From: Balanoglossus misakiensis
Lineage: Eukaryota > Animalia > Hemichordata
Length of the DNA stretch: 64,000 bases
Direction: 5' to 3'
Assembly (NCBI GenBank): GCA_040954595.2
Contig: CM082594.2
Location: 7,385,573-7,449,572, forward strand
Part shown: piece by piece, positions 13,601-25,800 of the stretch
Layout of the letters: each line of letters opens with the position of its first letter
How positions within the stretch are numbered: the first letter of the stretch is position 1
Translations under genes and position numbers: made by a program
Notes under the pieces: generated by a model
The model's input: the letters and a program-made list of their open reading frames with translations, nothing else
Database searches by the model: none
What the model was told of the DNA's origin: nothing

Positions 13601-16600
13601 ACCCCCTTTCTCTTTGCACTGAACTTGGGATAAAACTGTCGCACAAGAAATTTACTTGCAGCTCTGAGTATAGGGCTTGAAACCAACATCTTTGCCTCAC
13701 TGGTCCACTTACCAGCATTAGATAGATTCTTGCTGGTCCCTGGGTAAAAATTCAATGGGCCATAAAAATTTCCATAGCTAATTACTCAGACCTGGTCCTC
13801 TGACTGCTAAACTGGAAATTTCCACTGGTCCATGACGTTAACATTGATAATTTTTCAACCCCAAAATTATTCTATTTTTATCATGACTCTTGTCTAATGC
13901 TAGTTTTCAGCAATCTTATCCATTATTAATTATTTTGAAATTCACTATTTTCAATATGGCACACACTCCATTTTGTGCTCAATACATGTACCAGTATTTT
14001 CAATAATAGGATTTATATATATTCTGTAGCGAAAGTGGGACCATTAAAATAAGTAAAGCAAACTCTCTTAAAAAGCTATATATCAAGTGGGCAATGGGCT
14101 GGTTGTATATAATCCATATTTAACAGTGCTACTAAATTTAGCTTTCTGGAATGAAATGAACAAACAGTTGCCCAAAATAAACCAGTAAACTATACATGTA
14201 TGTGCATACATGTAGGAGTAGGTATAATTTTGCATCATAATTGTTTTCAGTTACTGGGATGTTCATCTGATACCTGAACACTACATGGGCCCAAAATCTA
14301 TATTTTAACATTTTGATGAAATACCAGTAGTAATTCTAGTTACCACACTTACCGGTCATGGTCGTAGTAGTGTACAAACTTTCCATATTGTCATTATTGT
14401 ATGCCCCCATGTAAATGGAAAAATAACATCCAGGGAATTTTCGTGGTCTAGTGAGGCTTGTAACAGACCAAGTGAGCTTATAGCCAAATGAATCTGCACT
14501 GAACCCAGAGCTGCTTCTGTCTGCCAAACTTTCAACAACCTTGCTTTAGTGGAGCCTGTCCATTTAACATTTTTCAGCACACCAGGGCGTTTGATCTCAA
14601 TCCAAGATATGAGTTGATTTTTAATGTTTCCGAGATGAGACTCATCAAAAACAATGACACCAACTGTCACAGTAATGTTATTACACAGAGGTTTTTAGTC
14701 CGTCAAGCGGCGTGTAATAAAAATATTACAGCCACAACATGGAACTTTAAAAGCCCTCGCAACAGGGGACTACTTGCCCTCCTGCACTGGGCAAGTGACC
14801 ACCTCTTGTGTTTCTAGATCAGCATCTGGGGAATCTGTATAGTGACAAAAACTGCACCCTGTACCGCGGGGCAACAGCTTGGCTTGGCAACAACTGGCCC
14901 TTTTTACAAAACTCAAACGGTAAATCACTAAAACAACAGAGGTCATTATTAAGGTTGCACTGCATGTTTACCAGTGGAAGTCATTTCAAGGCCATAATAC
15001 ATATGATTTAAATTTAAAAGGCACATGTGAAAGGGAGTGTGATGTTGTTATAACTGTACTATCTGTAGTCATGATTGATTCAAGCAAAGAATGGAGGAAA
15101 TACAGGTCCTTCTAAAGTTATCTAAACATCTTATCATGAAATCCATTTCAAAATGTACACACCTAAAAATATAAGAAGTTGCATTCATATTCCGCTATGC
15201 TGAATATCCTGACAGACAGCTATTCAGTATTCTGTAACATTTCCATACATTGATACAGATTCATTTTACCATTAATATTCATGACAGCCCTTGCGTGATT
15301 GGCTGGCAAAGAAGATCACGACCTCAGCAATTCCCCCATCTCCACAAAAGTGCACAAACGACGCAACCTCTCTGTGTATCTGCACATCCCAGAGGGTGTC
15401 ACTTTAAATCTCGAGCAGTGTGGGTCCAACTTAGCGCGCAGTCAGTGACGAAACACGCCAAGCTGTGAAATGTCGGGCAATCACAATCGCTGGAGTGTCA
15501 GCCAGGAAAACAACACGCATCAAGTGATTGTTGTTTGGCACAAAGAAATGCTGACTCACACCTTCCACTGAAGCCATGTTCACTTCCCCCCACTGCCCCA
15601 CAATGATCTCCAGACAACGCCCTTTCATTCAGTAACAATACATGTACTACAGGTCAGGCAACCCCCTCGAAAAAAATAACAATAAAACAGTCATCCACGA
15701 CAATACCAAATCAGCCCTTCTTATTGATATTACCCTCCCTTCCTGCTGTACATGTACACCATGGACCTCGAAATCACACCTTAGGGCACGGACGGTCGCC
15801 ATGGTAACACACAAGTCAATGACCAACCGGCCAGCGATATTGATCTGGCTTTCCGTTATCATCTTCATATCTGTAGCTGGTGACTTGGTGTGGTTTTTCA
15901 GACAGCTTATCTTTACAATTCAAACACGGATTAATTTTCAACACCACAATCTGGATCAAAAAGTACAATTTTTATCGCACTCCACAAAACAAAGTTTAAC
16001 TAAAAAATGGTACTGCATCACTGCTATAGAAACTTTTTATCCATACTTCAACATAGACTAAGCATATAGAAATGGAATCAATCCCTCATCACAAACTAGG
16101 ACACAGCATTCAAGCTTTGATTTCAAACACCCAACCTATTAACACAATTATATGTATGAGAGACATAGCATACAGTGACAGCTTGACCAGATGTCCCTGA
16201 AGGCCTTGTGGCAGAAACGTTTTCACTCTACTGAAAGTGGAACAGCAAATCTGTTCACACGTGTCTAATCATGTCATAAACAGAATATATCATATGCTTA
16301 GTGAGGCAACCATTACAGACATCAGTAACCTTCAATCACTTATCAGCCAGTCTCAATAATTTCAAATGAAGTTTGGTTGGCTGATGCTTTAGATAGTTTT
16401 ATCAGAAATGCTCCCATAAGACTGTCACTTAAAAAGCGAGAAAACAAATCGAGACACTTATATTCTTGACACAGTTTCTGGATTTACAGCTTGTGGCTGA
16501 TCTATTTTATTTCACCTTGAACCAATTGGAAATAATGATACTGTCAGAAATGGGACAACCCAGGTAGATGGGTTGAAGTTGAACACCCTGCAGTTGGCTG

Positions 16601-18768
16601 CAATGTCTCTCCCTCCCCTCCCCCCCCCCCCTCCCACCAGTCTTTGTTCGGCTTCGATGCAAGGAAGCGCCCTCAAAGGACTGCAGAGTGTCTTTCGAGA
16701 GACGCATGATCTCGCAGAGATCATACCCTCAGTGCAAATTACTTGCCCTAGTCGTGCATGTCATACACCAAAAACAGTAAGGGACAAATGAGATCAATTT
16801 CGTTGGCAGGCTGAAATCAATATTCGATGCTCACGGCAATATGCATCTGAAGCATTGTATCACTTCCTTGCAAAGGCCCACATCAACATGGTGTATTATG
16901 TATAATTTAAAATTCTCTATTTGGATTGAGAAACAAAGCACTTTGTCCGTGCCAATGATTTTATTATCCATGGCCCCATGTACTTGACCGAGAGTAGTGA
17001 TTGTTGTTAAAACTAAAGGGTCCAAAGTTTTTTTACATTACATGCGTGTTGTTTTCGTGGAATACATATACATCTCAAGGATGTTTACTTTAGTGTATGC
17101 TAGTAGCCATTTTTTATTCACATGGATGTTATTTTTACAAATGTATGTATACACTCAAATAAACCATAGAAAGTACTGTATATGTCCGAGTCCCAGTTTG
17201 ATTATTCATAATACGAACTGCACTTTCTCTCATAACGTATCGATAACAACCACATACACCTCTCCTTAATTGTTAACTGACGAATAAATTTAGTGCTTCA
17301 CACATCCTGAATGAGTGTTCATATCCTATAAGATTTCCCTGAAACACAGGAAAATACGCAGCTGAAATATCTCACTCAGTCATAGTGTCATATTTCTATA
17401 GAAAAGGTTATTGGTGTCAGGAACTCAGACCTATATATCTGAATTTGTAACAATTGTGTTTTTGCAGGACTGCAGGGACTGATGACATGTGTGGGAGTTG
17501 CAAAATCTAGTGTCCATTGTTGTTGTTGGGGGAGGGGAAGGGGAGGGGGAGGTAACTGGGATCATATCATCGCGGATTCGGAAGTAAGACCTCAATAGAC
17601 AAGGTTAAGTTGGTGAAGCTATGAATCACTTTGAAAGTGACCGTAAACAAGGCAAGAATCCAGGTCACTTCAGAAACCCCTGCATGATTCACTAGAGAAT
17701 CTGAGTCACGATAATAATACCCAGGCTAGCTATCTGGGGTTTCTGTGTCTTTTGCATCGTGACAGCCTGGAAGCTGTTCAAGTGTTGCATGAAGTAGAAC
17801 TCAAAATTGTATCATGACAGATACTAATACAGTATCAGCTTACTTGCCTAACACTGCATTTAATTGTTATGCTAATGACTCCCATTGTTTTCCATCTATT
17901 TAAAGGGCACTGAGCGATTCTCATTAATAATATCTCTGGGGAGAACATTTATTAAATATTTGCATTATGATTTGATTGTTAATATCACATATTGTACACA
18001 TGTGCTTGAGACTGAATGTGATTCACTGAATGTGTGTTTGAGGAATCTTCACAGCTGTGCCCATGAAGAAGCAGTCGCAATATTCCGACAATGACAATGA
18101 TCGCGATTCGCGAAATACACTGAGTGGGCACTAAATGTCTAAATAATTTAAGATAGATGTTAGGTTTCCCAATATTATTTTTTTTTCTAGAACTAACACA
18201 CCTACTGTAAAATCTCATGAAGAAAACCCATGGTAATATTATGTAGGTCAGCATACAAAGTTCGACATTACATTAATAGATAATCTTTATTGTGACAGTT
18301 TGGGCATTCCAGTTTATTAATATCACGCACATTACGTTGATAAAACATACCATTTTAACCATGTACCCTGGGTTTCACAAGCAAAAGTCACCACGGCATC
18401 TTCACAAACACACTATGGTTTCTACATTCCAGAACTCGCGTTCACTCACTATCAGATGAGCCATCAAGGATGTTTTCTGTTTACACCCTGTATGTGTACA
18501 CATTGATCTGACAGGAGTTCCCAAACTGCCATCGGAACGCCGTGAGGTGACCCGGGGGTGCGGGCGAGTCGGTCGTGAATACCGGTGCTTCACTGCCCGG
18601 GCCACAGGGGGGTGCAAATGTTGCACCTAGGATCTGGGACTGTGTGACACACATGATGCATTGCCACGGTACAAACACACACACACAAATGGAACATCGC
18701 CACGCAAGAAGCGCACTACATATTAAACAGTGCCAGGGATGGGACGAAACGAGTATAATTCAACTCAC

Positions 18769-18965
18769 CTTGGGATTGTCACGCACTTTGTCGAGGGGTC
18801 CTGCGTTGAAATGGACTTTTCAAGTTCGTCTAAGGTGCCGGTCTTCTTGAGCCGTTTGACCAAACTTTTGACGGCTTTCTCAGACCACTTGTCTTCCGCG
18901 TCGCCCTTCTTCCAACCGAGCAGTCGTTTGACGATAGGCGGAGTGAAAGGTAGCATAGAACTCAT
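18769..18965 (-). CDS. SMAD2/3: Smad2/3 (activin/nodal/TGF-beta R-Smad), first coding exon, N-terminal MH1
   Basis: [66 protein letters not shown] closely matches the vertebrate SMAD3 N-terminus ([20 protein letters not shown]...AVKSLVKKLKKTG.LDELEKAI...TKCITIPR). The 197-nt exon ends CCA AG|GTGAGT (phase 2), the same intron position as SMAD3 exon 1; the ORF-track stop is intronic. Confidence 0.97.
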
Positions 18966-19334
18966 ATTTCTACAGATCGGCTACTCGAGTCCTCTCCTGC
19001 AGCCAGTAAAAGGACAGTCTTTCGTGAGATCGCGCTGGAAAAATTGTCAAAGTTATTAAAAGGTCCAATTAGAAAGGTGGATGACTGGTCAAGCTGCATT
19101 CGATTTGGAAATCCAGACATTGACTTACTAACTCACCATTGAAATAATCCAATGTATACTTACGCTAGGTCAAAAAAGAAAACACGTCCAGTTGCCTCCA
19201 CGTTTGGAGAATTTAACGTAAAGAATTATCCGTAGTTAGTGAAAACCGGTTGCAAGTCTGACGTCGTCTACAATTTTGCAAAACTACGACGCAAACGGTT
19301 TGTAACACAGGGAGAATATCCGCTCACCCACGCG

Positions 19335-19530
19335 AGTGTATATATCTTACGAATGAAGGTAAACTGGCTAGTGTGTTTAATTTGCATGTTATGATTGACA
19401 GTTTCAATGCGATTGGGCGTGGACGAGAATAGATCGACCAATCAGAGTCCAACCTTTTGGTGGTTTTCTAATCGCCACAAGCATGACGTCATTTTCTTGC
19501 AGAAAGCCGCTAACCCAGGGAAGTGACGTT
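19335..19530 (-). promoter_or_regulatory. Probable Smad2/3 proximal promoter
   Basis: Dense motif set 370-565 bp upstream of the ATG: TATA-like TATATAT (~19339-19345), octamer ATTTGCAT 19380-19387, TGATTGACAG 19392-19401, ATTGG 19412-19416, GGGCGTGG 19415-19422, CCAAT 19438-19442, CRE TGACGTCA 19484-19491, GGAAGTGACGT 19519-19529. Confidence 0.65.
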
Positions 19531-20322
19531 CCCCATCCCGAGGTCAATCTGTATAGATTAATTAATAGAGTGGGAAACCCTTTTCACCCTATTTGGCAAA
19601 CACCGTTCCCCGCACCCAATTAATCTGAGAAAGAGGAAACCTTGCTTCGCATGTTTCCGGTGTGTTGGTTCCGATACATAAAGCTTCTGGTAAACTTTGA
19701 CGATTCGATAATGTCATTTTTGGGGGTTCTCGAATTCAAAAAAACATTTTAAAAATCACCTCGGTGCAGTGTAATCAGCACTATAGCAGTATCAGCATGT
19801 TATAACTACTGTCCCATGTAAACAAGACTAAACAATGGTTTATGTCGTCAGACACTGTTCAATGAAATAAATAAAATATAAATAAATAATATAAAAAGTT
19901 TCATTTTAAGCATACCTTTCAATAATAAGCGGGATTTTCCCCAGGTCTGGCAACATCATGAATAACCTCTCACCTCCAAACGGAACTGCAAGAACCCAAA
20001 ACACCAACACATTAATAGACAGGTAGCCTACACACAATAAACTTTCGAAAACATCAACGAAGCGCATTCCATGCACATATCAACTTCTGAGAGATCAAGT
20101 AGACATGTTTATCTTCAGCAATAGCTCACACAGTGTCTGAATGTCCAGTAGCTCGTCGCGACATCCACCCACGTGTCTCTCGTATTAGTGTGAACTTTTC
20201 AACTTAAAACAACAATAAACTATTCCCAACACACTAAAAAATAATTGAAATCTTTGTCTAGCAATTTTAACCTTCTGTAATCATTGCCATTTAAAATTTG
20301 TTTTACTTTACTTTATACCCCC

Positions 20323-20323
<1 letters not shown>

Positions 20324-20355
<32 letters not shown>

Positions 20356-20399
20356 TGCTAGTATCTCTCTCTCTCTCTCTCTCTCTCTCTCCTTGCTAG

Positions 20400-20435
<36 letters not shown>

Positions 20436-20441
20436 TGCTAG

Positions 20442-20489
<48 letters not shown>

Positions 20490-20497
20490 TGCTAGTA
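20324..20497 (+). repeat. Compound microsatellite: four (TC)n tracts, each followed by CCTTGCTAGTA
   Basis: Directly visible; it produces the spurious RE-repeat ORF 20358-20549. Confidence 0.95.
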
Positions 20498-22508
20498 TAA
20501 CACGTCTAAACGATGGGCTTACAGACTTACGGAATTCCCCCACCCCCACTGTCTACATGTAATACCAAACGAAGGAGCTTGAAACCAAACACTATAGATA
20601 TCATCGCGTTCAGACTTATTTTCGTCGTCCTAACTTTTTTTTGTCCGGCGATCCACCCACGTGTCTAAACAGTGTTTTGGTGTCTCGAATATGAGGACAT
20701 GTGGGCTAGTTTTGTTTTGAGCCGGTATACCGACCTGGGTTCTCCGGTAAAGTTTGCTTATCCCACTGATTTCCTGTCCCTTGTTCTTCTAATTCTAGTG
20801 TGTGAATCGGCACTGTGAGTTTTTTTTTTTAACTTTTGAAGTATGGTTCGTTTGAAGAATAGCGAATATCCGACAAACTTAAGAGGCCCACGAACTAAAC
20901 ATTTAATAGTACATGTATATGTAGATCTACGCATACAGGTATAAGTTTCTGTCTGTCAAAATGATACGAGTAAATGGGTGTCTCATCTAAATTGTAAAAT
21001 ATAATGCAAGTATTGTGTGTGAAGAATTACCACCGCCGTTATAATTGACCGTTACAAAGCAAACAGTTTCAATTCAGTTTACGTATTCGACCGTAGTCTG
21101 CCAAAGACTGTGACGGTGTAGCAGTCAGCAGACTACGTCGACAACTCGCACAAATTCCAGAATCCGATGGATGGTACTATATTCGGGGCGTGATTTTTGT
21201 ATACATAAGGGAAGTTGAAGTACATGGCCTGAATATGTCTGGCGGCTTAAGTGACCGGAAACTTCAACGCCTGATGTCGACCCACATTGTACATGAAGTG
21301 ACCACCTGTAGAGCTCACCGCAATGCGCTGCACGCCCTTATTTCAAAGATCATTTGTAGGTCACTCGGGTCAAAGTGACCCCTGCGGACACCAGCCGTGA
21401 CATTCCGGAGGCCTGACATCACAACTATTTCGGGTTCAAAGTCAATCATCCGTGAGCAGGTCCGGAAGTTGATATTTAGAAACGGATAATTCAAACGCCT
21501 AAATTCAACCCGACGGGAATCAATATCCACACGACACCACATTGTATACCACAAACATTTATAACCGCTTTAGAAGATGTGGGTTGTATTTAAAAATTAT
21601 ATGTGAATGAAAATATCAGCAATTCAAAGTTGGGCTGTGGTACGTCCATGGTCTAACATAGTAAAATGTGCGCGAGTAACTGTTTCAACATACATTGCCA
21701 ACTTTTGTTCTTATCATCCATCCATTCGACTGCAGGCATAACAAAACACAATTCGTGTAAAACATTGCTATATCAATTTGTCTACCTCATGCGGACGTTT
21801 TTCATTTCCTGAGGAAACACATATTTAACTTTCCTCAAACCGGTTTCATTATACACCAACAAATATCCAAGTCTTAAAATAGCGGTAATATTCCAGACCG
21901 CCGGGATTTCCAATGACATCATTTTACTTAAAGTATACAGTGACATCATCGTTAATCCACACGTGTTCGGTGACGTGACCATTCGCAGACATTACAGAAA
22001 GGATGGAGAGCATTGTATGCTATGCCCAGGATGTTGTTTCTGTCAGTGAACTCAATCTACGACCGGCCCTTCTGACAGAACACCGTAGTTTCAATTGCTG
22101 ACGATTATTTCATGTCAAGTGTGTTCACTTGGGAATGTGCGATAAAAATAAAATCGATAAGTGGGAAACAGAACTCTCGCTCTGAAAGAAGCAGATACTC
22201 AGAAAAACTCTTGTCGATCACACATGTAAATTATGTGACGTATGAAGACATGATAAGTATCATACGAGTGGAGTCGGAAGTCTTTGATGTTTCTGTTTCA
22301 TATATTTTTGTGCGTCACAGTGTTTATTTCTGATATTAACACAATTTGCTGAATTTTGACTTTATCCGTACATAACACTCTTAGCATACAAAAAAAAACT
22401 CTTATAGAATCTCGAGATCAACACGCAGCAATCTATCTTCTATGCTCACCGAAAGTGGTGTAAATTAAACCAGGCTACTGAACTTGAGCAGAAAGATGTA
22501 TATTTGAG

Positions 22509-22883
22509 CAGCCAGAGGGCGCCATGAAAGAGTTTATCACTTAGCAACACGGACACTAAAAACGACAGTTACTATAATATCCCAGTGGGGGCGCTCTCGG
22601 GGAGCAGTGTGGAGTGACCGCGACCAGAAAGTTAATACAATGCGTCTGTTATTGTAATTTCTAAACATTATGGTAGCGCCACCTATGCTGATATAGAAAT
22701 AAAAACAAATGTTGGTAGAATTTGTGTGTGGTGGCGCTCCCTTAGGATGGCCCATTTCTGCAATGGGAGTACGTGTTAGAGATCACGTCCACCGTAATAA
22801 AACAACACACTCAGCCTGCGGCGTTCAAGCAATTTATATATGGGTCGAACAAACAGAATAGTACAGTCGAGCGCCACCGTGGC
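22509..22883. promoter_or_regulatory. Cluster of CTCF-like motifs between the divergent Smad promoters
   Basis: CAGCCAGAGGGCGCCA 22509-22524 (+), CCAGTGGGGGCGCT 22582-22595 (+), CAGCATAGGTGGCGCTA 22674-22690 (-), and weaker GGTGGCGCT cores near 22730 (+) and 22870 (-); compared by eye with CCASYAGRKGGCRS. Confidence 0.4.
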
Positions 22884-25800
22884 ATGTTATGAATACGAGT
22901 CTTATCGTAAAGCCCATTCTCAGTTACCTAAATTACCCAGCAAAATATTTACAAACACGATCACACATATGTAGTTTAGGGCCGGCACGGGCGGTCTGCA
23001 GTCCGGAGACATTGCCCTGGCCGAACTGTCCGCGAGGTTTCCATGGCAACAGCTACACTTTTATGACAGGGTGTTAGCGCAAACACTTATTGATATAGGG
23101 GATTTTCGCGTAAATGTGAAAATTGGCAAAATATTGTCTGGAATCGGATATTACCCACACAACGACATTCACAAGCAAAAATGGTACTAAGTTTATTCTT
23201 GGCTGTTGTTTCGTTTGAAGAAGCCCATTCGATCGATGGACAGCCTTTAACCTACTTCTGTGGTCTTACTATTAGCAAGCAATGGGAATTCCCCAACATA
23301 CATACATGCATACAAATTGTGATGTAAATTATAATGATTTTATGATTTGAAAAAGTTCAATTTCAAATTCTAATTCTAAAAAAAGTCGTGAAGTCAAACC
23401 CCTTTCCTTTTTCCAGAGTCGAGGAAATCGTCTAAGGCCTCAGACAAATCAATACCTGGACTGAAATTGCCTGTTACCACAAATTGAACTTTTTTTCATT
23501 ACTTTCGTCTCTTTGTTAACATTTGCATGTTTGCTCTCTGTTGCAGGAGACGTCGAAGGATACAAACTGATTCGCCGCGAGATGGAGAGACAGCGACATA
23601 GAGACAGGCGGCGGGCAGACATGTTGTCTCGCTGGCGACAACATCCTGCTCAGTGCCAACGCTCTCTCTTCTGTAGTTGGAGTCGTGGCTCCTGGCGGAG
23701 TTTAAACTCTTACTCTCGTATCAAACCATGGGACACCGCGGCATCACGGGTGAGAGACAACCTAAATAGGCTAACCGATCTCCTGACTCGGAAACGAACA
23801 CGCACGCACTGAAATAATTTGAAATGTACACTGTCGTGAGCATGAAATCGACACAAGAACCCAGTATTAAAACCCAGCGAACTGTACGTGCTGCATGGAA
23901 CTTCATAAGCTACTGTTGAACTAACGGATTGATGTATTTATGAGCTAAATTCAAGGTTTTCTTGTACTTCAGACCTGTTTATACCCACCGGTCTGAGTCT
24001 AAACACTTATTGCAGCAGGTTCTGTCAACATGTACTGACAGCTCCCTCATTGTTTCGGCGGCGAGTCGGTGATGATTAAGACCCTGATTAAGACGTCGTA
24101 CGGAGACCGAAGCCAGGTATACACATTTGTGCCCCCTTCTTTGGTGACCGGTGTGTACGCTCCCGTGTAGACAGGAATGCTATTGGATGGAATAACGCCA
24201 ACAGTTTTCCGTTGCGATGGTTACAGCATCCGGGGCAAAAGTTCAAGAGCTGAACTTTTATGAATGCCCTTTTTTCCAAATATCACCCCCTCCTCCGAAC
24301 TAATAGTTTGTGGTTAGCACGGCCTTACATTTTTGGGGGATATTTATATACCTCTGTGACACGACAAAAATGTTTCTTCCGGATTTGAGATGTTTTCACA
24401 CTAAATAATAAAAAAGGACCAACTATTGACCGAGGATTTATTTGTGTTCATATGGTTGGCACACCAGGAATGGAACGCACCCCCCCCCCACACACACACA
24501 CCGACACAGACAGGTCAATACACGCCGACAGACAGACAGGTATAACACGCCAGACACACCACGGCAGACACGGCCAAATCGGTCCATCTAGTCTACACCG
24601 ATAAAACACTGTTTGATTTCAGCGATTGCAAATGCTTCCGTCGTCTAGCATCGCATCTATGCAAGTAAATTATGAGGAAACCCGTGCGATTTCAGTGCGT
24701 GGTGAAGGCCCGGACAAAATCGAGCCAATTTGTGTAATAGTCGTGAAAAGTAAAGGTTGTAAAACGGAAAATTGTTCAATATACTGTTATTACACCAGGA
24801 CATTAGGCCTATAGTGGAAATTGTGTTACACATTGAAAAGCAGTATCCTCATTTGTGTACAATACAGACGACGACGGGGTCGCTGTTTAAAAGCCTACTT
24901 CTCAAACTGTAATATTCTCTAGTCAACATTCGCTTTTCTCACATGCCGTATGCAATGCACGGTATATTTTTCTTGGCGAAACAATGCGTCGATTTATAAC
25001 AGGGCGCCATCAGCGTCAATCGAAGGAAATTATGTAGCAAAATATAGAAGCAATTGTGGTTTTAATTTTAGTTGGTGGGCAGTTTACTCTTTTTAAAAGA
25101 ACGCAAGTTATTATTTTCGATGCTTTTGGTTTGTGTATGAATTGCTAATTTCAGCGGTATTGTGTCTATTCTCATACACGTTAGCATCATATATTTTTTT
25201 ATTCACAAGTCGTGAGAGACTCAGGGTGGTTTATTGGTAAATCTCCTCCAAAATGACTAACCGTTCTCGTAAAACAGCCTTTGACTCAAACAGCGCCACT
25301 TGTCCAAACAATGAGACAGAGGAAGATTACTCGTGGATTGACAATTTTCAAGTTGATGGCCAAATCTATAATATGTGATAATTGGGGGTGTTCGTGGAGA
25401 CGGGCTAACGGCTCTTTATCGGCAAGCGACGCCTCTCGGCGTGTTTCCGCCTAAAATGTCACCAGTCGGAAAGAGACGATCTCGTGTGAATTTATGGTAA
25501 CTAAGGCGACTGTTGTTAGGATTGGGAGAAAGCGCACTGACTCTGCATGACGACGAGACGCGCAGTACAAGACGGACGACCTGTCAATCGTGATTGATGT
25601 GACAGGACAGATTCGTGATTGATATATGTATTATATTATTTATTTATTTATATGAGAAGATTGATGGCAAGAAGAGACTGCCTTTCATAGACATAGAATT
25701 GTACAAATGGCCGTCTGGAACTGGAAGTCGTAAAAATGAATGATTGACATTTGCCTGTGATTGTACACTTTCGATTCCCAGCCAAGATAGTCATTTAGTG

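Larger units (their letters stand above)
1..18768 (-). other. Intron 1 of Smad2/3 (continues beyond the left window edge)
   Basis: Starts at the GTGAGT donor (18768-18763). I looked for the expected exon 2 (SLDGRLQV...WRWPD codons) on the minus strand of 1-18768 and did not find it, and no ORF in the track resembles it. Confidence 0.85.

Noticed and set aside
18730-19059. 109-aa plus-strand ORF
   Set aside because: Antisense shadow of the Smad2/3 exon.
20358-20549. RE-rich ORF
   Set aside because: Translation of the (GA)n microsatellite.
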